NCBI GenBank assembly: GCA_040954595.2
Contig: CM082592.2
Coordinates: 868,001-932,000, forward strand
Reading direction: 5' to 3'
Length of the DNA stretch: 64,000 bases
DNA from: Balanoglossus misakiensis
Taxonomy: Eukaryota; Animalia; Hemichordata
This document shows positions 25,903-39,200 of this stretch, in pieces (position 1 is the stretch's first letter; every line of letters starts with the position of its first letter). Position numbers and translations under genes: made by a program. Below the pieces are notes generated by a model. That model was not told where the DNA came from and ran no database searches. It worked only from the letters and a program-made list of their open reading frames with translations.

Positions 25903-26183
25903 GGGATAAACTGTGTTAACGCCATCTTGAAAATTTGCAGTGCATTATCGGTCAATTGAGTCCCAGTTGGGGGGGGGGGGGGGGAGTAGCGTCTACAACC
26001 TATCCAATTTTCCAGCAGTTTTGTCAGATTTTCTTCAAGTAACGTTAGTAGTAGTAGTTACATGAAGAAAATCTGACTAAACCGCTGGAAATGGATAGGT
26101 TGTAGACGCTACTCCCCCCAACCGGAACTCAATTGACCCATAATGCACTGCAAATTTTCAAGATGGCATTAACAGTTTATCCC
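25903..26183. mobile_element. Foldback MITE (almost fully palindromic, TA-flanked)
   Basis: The left arm GGGATAAACTGTGTTAACGCCATCTTGAAAATTTGCAGTGCATTAT pairs with the right arm ATAATGCACTGCAAATTTTCAAGATGGCATTAACAGTTTATCCC. Arms are ~135 bp with TA on both sides. Confidence 0.85.
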
Positions 26184-29100
26184 TACATTTAGGCATGTAT
26201 GACATTGTGTTTTGATTTTTTTTTTTAGATGGGTATGATAAACTATCTCCATATGGATTTGCCATTCATGGTTGCATCGATGGGTAAGTGCTATCAACTT
26301 ATCATCTATACAAACCTTTCTGAGGAATGCTGGAGACCCATTGTAACACCATTGGTTTTTTGAGAATCACAATATTGATGAAAGCTAAGATTAATGAAGC
26401 ACATTTAGTAACAATTCTGTGGAAATATGTTTATGCAATGAAATTTACTTATTCCTTTTTTAATTTGAAAATTAATAATAACTTTGTTTTCTATAGATTT
26501 TCGCGAAGGGTGTTGTGGTTGAAAGTTGGTGCATCAAACAATGATCCAAGCAAAGTTGCTTCCTATTCCATAGACACAGTTGAGAAGCTGAAAGGTAATA
26601 GACACATTCACTCAAGGTTGTTAAACATATCATTTTGACAAAATTTGTTTTATTGACATTTCTGAACTGGGTAAAGGCGATAAATTTAGCCAACCACTAA
26701 TCAATGACAATTATCCATTGCATGCTCATATTAGTCTTGTACCCAATATTTCCTGTGGCAACATTGTAATGATCTTCACATATCCAGGCTGTGTTGAAAA
26801 ACATTGAAACTACGTGTAGGCAGTACAGCATTTGGAATGAAAATCTTTCTTAAAAATTAAATCTAGTGTGTACAATTTTTTTTTTTTTTTTTTTTTTTTG
26901 GGGGGGGGGTTAACATTTTAACTGTAAGAGCTGCCAATGTCAATCCTAATTTGTTTGCAGGTTGCCCCAGGATCTTGCGAGCAGATCATGGCACAGAAAC
27001 AGGAGTGATAATGACTGCTCAAGCCATGTTGAGGACAGATGGTGATGATGCTTTTGCTGACAACAGCTTTTGGTATGGTCCTTCAACTGCTAACCAGGTC
27101 AGTTATATGACAAATGACATCACAATTTTTCTTAGGAATACCTACGCTGTACCGTGTCATGAGATAAAAAGACTGTTAATACTACCCATTTTTCCACTAC
27201 CTTGTTAAGATGACTATATGCTTGAGGAGACTATCCTCAAACCTCATAGACTCCCCATCTTCCCTACTTCAGTCACCGATTCCATTGCTGCTGCATGCCT
27301 GAGCAAATTTTGTTCAAATTTGGTGCAGTTTTTTGTTTCACAATATAATCCAAAAAAGACACTTTTGGTATCGTGTTTCACATTTGTTTGTTCAGAGTGG
27401 TGACAGTAATTGTGTCAGACCATTGTTTTCATTGTGATCTCTTCTTACAGCGTATTGAACGATGGTGGGGTGTGTTAAGAAGTAAAAGTGCAGATTGGTG
27501 GATTGACCATTTTAAGGTAAAGTATCATTTGGCTTGTACAAATGTGTTCTGCAAAACAAAATCAACTCAAACACAAAGATGGTTGTATAAGTGACAAAAT
27601 TTGTATTCTCATAGAATGTGCCTCAGCCCAAGATGCAATGTCATTAGTAGATGCAGTTGTGTGTAGGAATGAGAAAAATAACCAGTATAGCTCAAGTCAG
27701 TTCATATCATGATGTTGAATTGTCCTGCAGAGTTTTTATACATGAGGACTAGGCTTTCCAAACATTTTTTTTCTTGGCCATGGCCTTGCAGGCAGTTTAT
27801 ACACAAGTACAAGACCACATTCACTGACACATTTTACTGTAGCATTACAGGAAATTCACCACTATCATTTTTTTATCCCCTAGGATTTGGTATCAATGGG
27901 TCATTTGCAGTTAGGTGACCCGGTCAACATGTGAGTTGATACACTTTATGTTTTGTTTCAAGTAATGAAAGAAATTCCATTATTCAATCTGTCAATGTTT
28001 GCACAGAGCAGAGAAGAAACAGACACAGACAGGATGGTAGAAACAGACACAGACAGGATGGTAGAGACATAGACAGGAGATCAAATATTGCAGTTCGTTT
28101 GAAATCCGTAGATCTGCTGGAAATCATATTTTTAACTGGATGAATTTCCATAAACTTGTAACATTATGCTATTTGTTAAGTATGATAAAATGCACATATT
28201 ATTCCCAAGCATCTTGAAATCAATTTGCATTTTTTCTTTCAGAATGAGTATGCAGTTTTGTTATTTTTCTGTCATGCAAAGGGAACTGGATGAGGTAGTT
28301 GAGAGGTGGAACCACCACAGAATAAGGCGACAAAATAAAGGAGATTCTGTATCAGGCATTCCAGAAATTCTCTATACCTGTCCTGAGTTACTAGGTACTT
28401 TTTTATTGCAACAAAATAAAGAAACCAACAAAGATTCATTAAAATTGCAGAAATGCTACCTAATCTGGACCCTGTGACTGAATGTAGATCACAAGTCATG
28501 AGGGTATTTCACTCATTAGGTCAACATAAGGCTTATCCATGAAGTAAATGACATGCAGTGTTTAAAGCATAAATCATGAACATTGGAAAGTTTCCTCAAC
28601 AAAAATCTCAAGATTACATAACATCTGCAGAGAATGATAGAACAATAACATTTCAATCACTTCATTGCTTAAGGTAAATAAAATAAAATAACTTAATATA
28701 CATCTGGCACCAAGAACAATAGATACTCCAATATAAACAAAAAAGAAAGATGGCTGCTCACTGTGTACTGTGTTTCAGCTGATCGGTTATGGTTGATCGT
28801 ACCAGCGTTTTGAAAGCCAAATAATATGCAACACAAGAACTAACTGAGATGTAAGATGTACAATAATAATTTTATTATGAAAATACCACAAAGTATATAT
28901 TTGGACATTAGCATAGTGCATCGCCCTCCGCTACGCATCAGGCGATACGTGGCGCTAATGTCCTTGAGCATACTTTGCAGTATTTTCGTAATACCCTCAT
29001 AGTATTTAACCCATACATAAATTCTTATTTGAACAAACATATTTTGTTATTTCAGACCGCCCTAATTGTCGGAACTACATACATTCAGTCAACGCTGGCT

Positions 29101-29318
29101 CTCAAACTTTCTTGCTATGCAAGTCACAGTGTAACTTTGATAATGGTTGCAATGAAGATTTCGCAGTTGTGGCACGGAACATATGCCAAATGAATGGATG
29201 GAATCATGAACCCACTACAGCATTTGCAGCAAAAGAACTCTACTTGCACTTGACACCTTGCCTTGAAGAATTTTTATAAACTACACAACTAAAGAGAACA
29301 ATACAACAGCTAATACTT

Positions 29319-29519
29319 TAGAGGCCGTTCAGTTTTCATGGCTTGGGGCAAGTTTGTGTCATCCGTTTTCAAAAACAGGCAGACCCCCCCCCCCATTCCC
29401 TTTACACGGGACCAAAAAATGATGACCCCCCTTTTGAATTTCCAAATTTAAGTGACACCCCCTTGATTTTGCCGACTCCCCCTACCTACCTCCCGCCGTA
29501 AAAACTGAATGGTCCCCTA
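29319..29519. mobile_element. Diverged ~200-bp MITE between the convergent gene ends
   Basis: Imperfect TIRs TAGAGGCCGTTCAGTTTT ... AAAACTGAATGGTCCCCTA with internal C-rich repeats. Confidence 0.55.
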
Positions 29520-29888
29520 GTAAAAAAAAATGTTCACAAGTACAGTTCAAAACAGCCCACACAGAAGAACATCATCATAGTTTGTTAGGGTGTCATCCAG
29601 GTCACCACTAATCTGTTGAACAAATAAAAAAGTGATTTCATGCATTAAAAAACATTGTTTATCATATTCATGTGTATGTACTGACATTTTGTGATGCGAA
29701 ATAAAACTTGGTAATCAGAATAGCTGTACTATGTGAACATTTGGATTCTGTTTCACGAGACTGAAGAATGTTGTGCATTTTTGGACAACTCGATTTTCAG
29801 TATAAAACTGCTAAAAAAGACAGTTGATCAATCTCTCAAAATTGGCAAACACCGAAATATGCAAATATCATCAAAAAATTTAAAATTA

Positions 29889-32800
29889 TTAAATTACCTC
29901 TTTCACTAGCATCATTTCTGGTAGATATTCTACTAAAAGGAAGTCAGCCTCAGCTGTGGCATGGTATTCATGCTGACACTGAAAATCAACACAGTTGGGA
30001 GGATCGAAACATTGCAGAAAAAATCTGCAAGGAAGATCTTCTGAATCAACTGTACCGCAAATCCAATCAAAGACATCCTGCAAAGCAAATAGATTCTTTT
30101 ATGTTTACAATTATAATGCTAGAATATGATGATTAATCCAAACCTTGGTTTCTTTATTTTGGTATGACTGCAGTTACACTCAGAAATGCCTTACATTGTA
30201 AGGCTGCAACGGACTGTATTTGAACAGTGAACATGAAACACACAATTTACACTTGATGGCCCATATCTTGACTTACTTTGAGTGTATCTAGGTCTCTGAA
30301 TGGCCTTTCCAGGACCTCATCGTTCACCATGATGCAGATTTGTCTTTTCCTTTCGGTAATCAAGGGCAATCTTATATTTTCGGCTCTGGCCTGTGCTGCC
30401 TGTAAAGAAATAAACACATTGAGTGTCATAACCTGAGCAGACAATTCACTGACTAACCGGTTCCTAGGGAAGAGATTGCCTTGCCTAACGTGAAATAGGT
30501 ATGTGGATGAGAAAGTACAAAACAAACATTTAGTAGAATGCACCTCTGAGCTTTAAATTTTTAGACATTGGACCTAAAAATTAACAATTTATCAAAAACT
30601 ATCCTATAAATGTAAAAATGAAGAATTTATCAAAAACTACAAAGACAATCAACACGTTTCAATCCAGTATTAACATCATTGCCCAAACTGTCACTTTGGT
30701 GTAGGAGTATAACCAATCCAGTCAAATGTATGACTCAGAATCAAAATTCGACTAAACTTACATCTTTCCTTTGCAATTTCCTTTGAGCTTGTTTCTCTCT
30801 TTCCTGTAACGTTAATATTGATACCATTTAATACCTTAGACTAATCAATATCCCCCAGGGGCGGCCTAAACATCACATGTGAAAGCCCCATTTGTTTAAG
30901 AGTCATTCCATAATCTTTCAACACCTTTGCAAATACCAGTCAGAGTTATTTTCCATCATATCTGCTCTGACTGTCCCCATATTTCCTCATGCAGCAGTAA
31001 AACCTGTCTAATCTTGAAACCTATCTATATTGAACACATGTTCCTGTCCCTTTGACATGGAACCACATGTTAAAAGAACCCCTATAAACCAGACACCTTT
31101 GCAAATGGAATAATTTCTTCAGTCACTTTGGTGTTCAGTTTCGACAGGTTTTACTGTAGCAGAATAGACATTTTGCCAATAAATACAATTGGTATTGACT
31201 AGAAGTGCCTGATCATTCGAATATTTATTCGGAGAACCTGCTCCATCATTTATAGTAGTTAATTAATCATGTCTAACCTGTTCTGAATTCAATGCCTGTT
31301 CAGCAGTACATTCTTTCATGGATTCCTCACATGAAGCTGCCACCTCCTCCACCACTGTTATGTCAACAGAATTTTCAACCGCAATCACTTCTACATCTTC
31401 ATTGACACCATCACAGGACACAGGATCACATGACACAGGATCACAGGACACAGGATCACAGGACACTAACTTTTCATTGTCAGTACCCTATAACAGAAAA
31501 TAAAAAAATGAAATATCTATCTGGCTGTAATTATGATTTTGTAAAATGTTGCTGTTTTGTGCTTAAACTATATTTTTTGTTCCCCATAAATTTTGTTGAA
31601 ATGTCAAGATTTCAATTCATCGCCAGTAGATACTGTATGCCACACTGTATTACAAACCATGACATCACTGGCAGACTAAATTTCACATGTTAAAATATTC
31701 ATGCCATTATACCTTGACCATTTCTTGTTCTTGTTCAGGTTCCTCTTGCTGCTCGAACTCTTTGTCTTGCAGTTGCAGCTTCTTTTGAACAAAGGATGCT
31801 TTCAAAGAATGTTTTGCTGTGGAATACAAAAAAAAAATACAGAATACAGAAATGCCCTGAAAATTGATAAGCACATCAGCATAGCTCACATATGCATAAA
31901 GAAACTGTTAATTATTTACTACTGAGTTTTAGTCCATACTAAAATCATTTCTCAATGTTGACTATACAAAGACCAGATGTTCTCGTAGGAGGATCCTTAA
32001 ACCTTTGGCAATGAAACTACAAACCATAGTTCTAACCTGGGACTACACATAACAAAAGGACAGATTTACTCTGGAAAATAGGTCATTAAAGGGACAATGT
32101 CTCTCTCTTGCTGCCCCTTTTCCATTAATTATGTTTGATACAAGACACCGTTTATGTTATTATATGTGTGGATATATAGTGAATCAACGTTCAACCACAC
32201 ACACCTTCCACTCGGCTTGAAGACATGAGTGAAAAAAAATCGCCAAAATGAATAATATTCCTCTACCATTTTTTCATTTGGGGCGAGTTTTTATTCTCAT
32301 ATCATCATACAAGTGAAATGGAAGTTGTGTGTGGTCGAATGTTGATTCGCTGTATGTCTACATGTAAAAACATAGCAACATAGCAATAAGCATATCTGCT
32401 CTGGATGCCAAGATATGGAAAAGTAGGTCAAAGGTCACCTGAGGTCATGCAAAATTTGGGCATAAAATTTTGACCCTATACTGGTCCATGTTCAACAAAA
32501 ACCAAACCTATAGCCCTATTGGTTAGCCTGGAATTAGGTATGCACATAATTAATGAGATATGCAAGTGTCACAGGTGACCCCCAATTTTGGCTTTTCAAT
32601 TTTAGTCCCAACCCTCCAAACGCGAAGTCTCTACCTGCTCTGGATGCCAAGATATGATAAAGTAGGTCAAAGGTCACCTGAGGTCATGCAAAATTTGGGC
32701 AAGAAATTTTGACCTTATACTGGTCCATGTTCAATAAAAACCAAACCTATAGCCTTATTGGTTAGCCTGGAATTAGGTATGCACATAATTAATGTGTTAA

Positions 32801-35162
32801 GCAGGTGTTACAGGTGAGCCCAGAAATTTGCCTTTTATTTTGGCCCCATTGTGCTCACTGACCAATAGACAGTCACTGTACAGGACTATTGCACAGACCA
32901 GAACTCCACAATAAGACGTGGACATAGCTTAACCATAGAGGTATAAGTAAAGGTATAAATTTAATAAAAAGACTAAAAAATTCATAAAAAATAAAACATC
33001 CATGATATTAACTTAACACTTACAGGTCGATGTGAGGTTGACATAAGGTACATGCATACCAATTTTTAAAGCAATCTGAGCAGTAGTTGTTGACTTTCAG
33101 AGTTTTGATAAATTTCACATTTTACTGGCTAATTTGCATATTTTTGGGCCTGGCAACTTCGTTTGGACAAACTCCCATCTACAGCCCTGCCTGCATCTGC
33201 ACACCAAATATCAAGGTGATACACGCAGCGGTTTTCAAGTTTTTGATGTGGACGGACATACAGACATACATACATACATCCATACAGACGCAACCCATCC
33301 CATAAGGTCCCATGGTATATAGGCCTATACCAATGGGACCTAATAACACAAACAATATCTTGTATCAAACATAATTAATGTAAAAAAGCAGCAAGAAGCA
33401 GAGAGAGACTTTGCCTTAAGGGGTCACTGATAGACAAGGCTGAAACTTTTTTAGTGCAACCTTTGAGTCAGATAATCAAGTTAATCAAGTATAATGCACC
33501 TGTGCACTTACACAATCAAAGTGGTGGAACTTGGAGGTAGCATTGTTGGAATAAAAGTGCCCATACTTGGGCCATTGTCACATGACCAGACAGGTACCAC
33601 TATCCTGCAATTTTGCAAATACATGTCTAAAATGGCATTTGTTGAATTTGTTATGTTCATGCCAGGCTTTGCATAATTGCATGATAGCATGAATATACCA
33701 ACCATAAAGTCCACCATGCCAATGATACCCACTGGATAATGGGGTCTGCCCAGTCATGTGACAATGACAGAAATGGCGCTTTTCTTCCAACAAAACAAGT
33801 TCTGCCACTTCTATTTTTGTCTGTTTTTGTTTAAAAAGAAGCAAGTGAATAATAAAAAACTACCATGACTTTTTAACCTGGATAATCCAACACAAAACGG
33901 GCACAAAGAAAAAAAACAACCTTTCAATTTATCCAGTTAAATACTTGACACAACTTGTGACAATGTAAATAGACATGATTTACTCACTCTGCCCAACTGC
34001 AAACATGAAGACTGGCAACTTGTCTGTCTTCGCCTTCATACTTTTGTATTTTGCCTTCAGGTCTTTTAATTGGAAATTCATTGGGTCCTTCATCCTTATG
34101 AACACTCCTATGTCATTCATCTCATAAGGTACAAAATCCACGTCGATGAAGTGTGCCGATACACTCTGGGCCCAGTGCATGGCATTTGAGCCACTGTCCA
34201 CGGTAATGGCCACCTGACTTTTTCTGCCGACAGCTGATGGTAGTACTGCCCCCATTTTCTTTAGAACTCCTTTACTGTCTTTTATCAGTGGTGTAACATT
34301 TAACACCTGAATGAAAATGTTACAAAATAGGGTAAACATCAAAATTTTAATAAATGTATGTAAAATGGCATGAATATAAACTTAAATTTTCATAAAATCA
34401 GGAAATAACTAACAAGGAAAAGACTTGTACATTGCATGGATATGAAGAAAACATGTGTTATAACTCCTAGCAATTACGTATAATGCTTAAAGACTGAACT
34501 GTACATAACCTTGGTCTATACTTTCCTGTGTATGTATACTCTACACTTCTATTCTATTCCCTAAAGCATGATGAAATTACCAGTGTCTAGAATGTTTACC
34601 TTGTCTGTAAATTAGATGATGAGAAATTAAATACATGTACTGGGCAATTCATCATGCTATTGCGTGTAGAATGGAAAGAAAACAAAAGTGTAGACAAAAT
34701 ACAAAAAGGTTAGTGGTGGGGGGGGACTAAAAACTTCCCAAAATACTTCAAGAAAGGCAGTTCTTATCTTTCTTCATGTATGTATCATTTGGATTGCAAT
34801 TCCTACCTGTTGTTCTGGTGGCTTTGGAACAGATCGCTTCAGTCTCTTTGATTTTACTTCAGCCTCTTTCATCTGAAACTGTTCGGCTAGTCGCCCCAAT
34901 GCTTCTTGACTCTCTTTCAAGGGATAAAAAACATTAAGTGTTACTTAAATTGTTTGAACAGTTGCACTTTTTTCAATGAGTTGGATATTCCATAGGCATC
35001 AAGTGAGAAAGCAACTGTGCTGAAAAATACGAATTCTAGAAAACAATTTTTGTGAATTATCCAAATTGACGAGTGCAAAATTTCCAAGGGAAAAAGTATC
35101 TTCCTACATTTACAGTACATTTCACATTTACCTTTGGTCAGGTCTTCTTTTCTCTTATACAT
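29889..35162 (-). CDS. Multi-exon second gene of the transposon: unknown N-terminal domain, acidic/coiled-coil linker, C-terminal UBX-like domain
   Basis: Phase-compatible exons in minus-strand order: 35162-35132 (MYKRKEDLTK), 34913-34807, 34306-~33988, possibly 33731-33512, 31816-31713, 31487-31278, 30803-30762 (EREKQAQRKLQRKD), 30399-30277, 30077-29889. The last two join as RQICIMVNDEVLERPFRDLDTLK|DVFDWICGTVDSEDLPCRFFLQCFDPP, resembling UBX (R.F...DTL.DV.DF...F.L...P). The middle exons and the true start are ambiguous. Confidence 0.65.
30995..31156. mobile_element. pogo/Tigger-like MITE (162 bp) in an intron
   Basis: Perfect 14-bp TIR CAGTAAAACCTGTC...GACAGGTTTTACTG followed by TA. Confidence 0.8.
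31407..31466 (-). repeat. 15-bp coding tandem repeat (VSCDP x4)
   Basis: GACACAGGATCACAG units in the exon at 31278-31487; the frame is preserved. Confidence 0.8.
32165..32365. mobile_element. Old hairpin (foldback) MITE
   Basis: ATAGTGAATCAACGTTCAACCACACACACCTTCCA pairs imperfectly with TGGAAGTTGTGTGTGGTCGAATGTTGATTCGCTGT; arms are ~90 bp. Confidence 0.7.
32393..33341 (+). mobile_element. Non-autonomous Helentron-associated (HINE/DINE-1-like) element
   Basis: Internal 239-bp tandem pair (32396, 32635) containing AGGTCAAAGGTCA, a (CATA/CAGA)n microsatellite at ~33255-33290, and a terminal hairpin AGGTCCCATGGTAT...ATACCAATGGGACCT. The 5' boundary is approximate. Confidence 0.6.
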
Positions 35163-36230
35163 CTGAAATGATATTAAAAGCATAACATAAAATAACTATC
35201 TGTTGTACCTCATCTCCTACTGGCAACACTGAACATTTCTACATGCTGCCGCCAATAGAACAAACTATTAGTTGATACACCCAGTAGAATATAAATGCCA
35301 TACAAGTTGTCAAAAGTGCTTTTATACACCAAGTATTCTGCTAGAAGACACAGTATGCATATGTTTAAAGGCTGTTGTTGACTTGAACTCTATTTTCTAT
35401 GATAACAGCAATCGCATCATGTATTGACAATGAAATCCATGACTAGACTCAAACCAGAAACTAGCTGACACAACAGAGCTTTACACAATACAAAGCATAA
35501 AGAAGCATTGAAATCATCCATATTGCTTACATGTGATATATGGCTTATGACAGTCCAAATTTCATTGCGACGCCGTTTCACTCAGATCAATTGGTCATAG
35601 TGGAGTGGAAATGTGGTGGTTTATGAGAGTTCATACTGGCAGTTCAATCACATATAATTGACGGAGTTGGTGCCCATGACAGTATAAAGCAGTAGTTAAT
35701 CAAATTTTGTCAACAGTACTACATGTACTTGGAAATTATTTACAGAACTATAAAATAAGCCAAGATACATTTCTCTCAAATCAGTGTTGCAATTGAGCAT
35801 TTATATAATAAAATGATGAAGCAGTATTTGTCACAGACATATGTTGTAAGTAGCAAAAGAAACAGTTTAGGTATTTTGATAGGGTTCGATAACTCAGCTG
35901 CTAACATTTGCAAAGTGCCTACAGTGTAAGGGCCTGGAATTATCATGACAATTTCAGAATCAAAGAGAAAAATACCGTCAAGGACAGTGTGGTCCCGTTT
36001 AAGGATTACGGAAGGAAAGGTTTTCACCAGAGTACACACACACAGATCAACAGGCAAACACTGACTGGCCATTGACTGACTCGTGAGCTGCCAATGGCAT
36101 GTGTACTGTGCACACACCAAATAGAACAGCAAATAGAACTGTCTCTTGACAGATGGGCTAAGTTATATAAACATGTAGACATTTTCTGTGTAAAAAAACT
36201 CATTAGGGGATTTCATCTAACTTGCAAAGA

Positions 36231-39200
36231 ATAATAATAATAATAATAATATTTAATTCTTAAAAACGCACTCCACAAACGTCTCAGTGCGCTGAACAAA
36301 GTATTAAAAAGATACAAAAAACAACTACTACAGTTACGAGTAAAACTTGTTAAAAAGATGGGTCTTCAAACAACGTTTAAAAGAAGTAGTATTTCTGGCA
36401 CAACGAATTTCTGAAGGCAGTGCATTCCACAGCAAAGGGGCACATACCGAAAAAGCTCTCTGACCGTAGGACTTATTAAAATATCCGCGAGGAGGAGTTA
36501 AACGTAATTTCTCAGAAGATCGCAGATTTCTTGACGGTACGTACAGATCAATTAAATCGGTCAGATAAAGCGGTGCATCACCTCTAACAATCTTAAAAGT
36601 AGTCAATAAAATTTTGAATTGTATACGAGCTTTCACAGGTAACCAGTGTAAATCAATAAAAACAGGGGTGATGTGGTCATATTTGCGTGTACCTGTGACG
36701 AGGCGGGCTGCTGCATTTTGAACAGACTGCAGACGGATCAGCTGGTCATTTGAGATGCCATAGAACAGACTGTTACAATAGTCGAGTCTAGAGGTAACGA
36801 ATGCATGAATGAGTTTCTCGGTAGTGGGCTTGTCGAGTAATTTACGAATTTTACCGATTCTTGATAAAGAGAAATATGCGTTCCTACAAAGTTGACTGAT
36901 ATGTTCACACATAAAGCCATCCCTGTTGAGAATAACACCAAGATTCCGAACGAAAGGAGAGGGAGTGATGTTATGTTTACCAATCCTGAGGTTATGCAGT
37001 TCTGCCATATCGTGTTTCAAGCGTGATGAAAAATGAATAACTTCGGTCTTGTTATCGTTCAGCACCAGCATGTTACTTCTCATCCATCCGCGAATATCAT
37101 CAACGCACATTTCAACGCCGGCGCTAACATCTTCAGGTTTATTGCAGATAATGTACAACTGTGTGTCATCAGCGTACATCATGTAGTCAAGATTATGGCC
37201 TACTATAATATCCTCTAGTGGTGCTGTGTAGAGCGTGAATAAAATTGGCCCGAGGACAGATCCCTGTGGAACGCCATACTTCACTTGCAAATGATGAGAA
37301 AACACATTTCCAATCTTGACACGATGAGTGCGATCGGCAAGATATGATCGAAACCACGAAAGTACTGTACCAGTGATGCCAAATCTAGATCGGAGGCGGT
37401 GTAATAGAATATCATAGTCGATCGTGTCAAACGCGGCGGACAAATCAAGCATGACGAGAAGTACATCCTTCTTTTGATTCAGGGCAAGCATAATGTCGTT
37501 ATGGACGCGTAGGAGAGCGGTTTCAGTGCTATGGTTGGCGCGATATGCACTCTGACATCTTGTGAAAAGCTGGTACCTGTTGAGATGATCGTATAACTGT
37601 TGGGCAACTATACGCTCAAGAACTTTTGATAGGAAAGGTAAGTTGGACACTGGTCTGTAGTTCTTCAAGATATTCTGGTCAAGATGTGATTTTTTCAACA
37701 GTGGCCGAATAATAGCTGATTTGAATTGACTTGGAACGATGCCAGACGAAAGTGATGCGTTGAAAAGTTGAGTAAGGAATGGTGCGAGTAGATCGATAGA
37801 GTCTTGAACGAACTTCGATGGCAACACGTCAAGGTCACATGATTTTGAGGACGACCGCTTTATTAGTGTCGTAACAACGTCAGGTGATACCGCATCAAAA
37901 TTGGTGACAGTGTGACTCGGTAACACATCGTTCTTCCAGGCGTCAGAGCATCCATCAAGGTCTTCTCGCAGTTTGGAAACCTTGGACTCGAAGAAGTTCA
38001 AGAATTTTGATGGCATATCCTTCAGAGCTATATTAGATGGTAAAATATTTGAATTGGTTGCCTTCACACTTGACAGCTGAGCAACAATATCAAACAGTCT
38101 CTTGTTGTCTGCTTCCTGGATGCGAGTCCGATGATATGCTGATTTAAGAACGTCGCAGCGGCGGACGTATTCTAATCTTTTCGACAGAAAAAGTTGGCGA
38201 TCGATCTCGAGTTTTGACTTTTGCCACTTATTCTCCAGCTGACGTACCTTCTTCCTCAACAGCAACAGTTCTTCACAAAACCATGGTGCCCGTACTTTAT
38301 CAATGATCCACTTTTCAGTCATAGGCGCGACGTCGTTGAGTGCTTCGGTGACAGCATTGTAGAAAAAATGGGACAAACGCTCGGCATCATTATCACATGG
38401 ATATCTGGCAAAAACAGTGTTAAGTATGTTTCTCAAGTCTGCTGTGTTGATTGTGCTAAAGTCACGCCGTAATATCTTGACCTTGTTATTGGGTGGCCGC
38501 TGAACATTTAGTCCAAAGTGCACAAGACTGTGATCGGACTCGAGTGACTTGTCAACTCTGACGGAGTGTAGAAAAGAATCAGCGGATCGCGTAATTAGCA
38601 AATCCAAAGTATGTCCTTTGGCATGAGTCGACTCGTTTACATGTTGGTTTAGTCCCATTGACTGAAGCAAGTTTGACAGCTTGATGGTATCAGGCGAGTG
38701 GAGGTTGTCGAAGTGAAAATTGAAATCCCCCGCGATTAGAAGATGGCCAGGTGAAGGCACAGCTGTTTCTAGGAGCGATGAGAATTCAGAGACAAAGTCA
38801 CTGATTGTTGCTTTGTTCTTCTTAGAGTTTGGAGGACGGTAAATGGCGATGGTATGCAAGGATTGACTGACGGATCTGAATGTAACGTCTAAACATTCAA
38901 AGGATTGGAACACATGGGATAGTTTTGCGATGACTTTGAGATTGGAACGTGCGAGTATTGCGACACCGCCTCCCCGACGATTGGAGCGAGACAGCTGGTG
39001 GATGGTGTAACCAGTTATTGAAGAATTGATCTCAGCAATAATGGGATCATCTTTGCTTTTCAGCCATGTCTCCGTGATTATCAGAATGTCCAATTTTTCT
39101 TCTATTAAAGTTGTTGCTATTGCGCCGATCTTACCGTTGATAGAACGGGCGTTCCACAGAGCGGCATTGAGCTGCAGTTTGTTGAGACATGAAGATGTCA

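Larger units (their letters stand above)
23744..29279 (+). pseudogene. IS3EU-type DDE transposase, 12 exons, ~397 aa, one in-frame TAA at 24501-24503
   Basis: Phase-consistent GT-AG exons: 23744-23756, 24427-24520, 24676-24775, 25162-25250, 25584-25702, 26229-26283, 26497-26594, 26961-27097, 27451-27516, 27884-27930, 28243-28394, 29056-29279. The spliced protein reads ...LRILDPINVQRRLHRRLIRREYRCKGPNYVWHIDGYDKLSPYGFAIHGCIDGFSRRVLWL...CPRILRADHGTE...GPSTANQRIERWWG...ELDEVVERWNHHRIR...KELYLHL. Exon 1 is the least certain. Confidence 0.9.
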
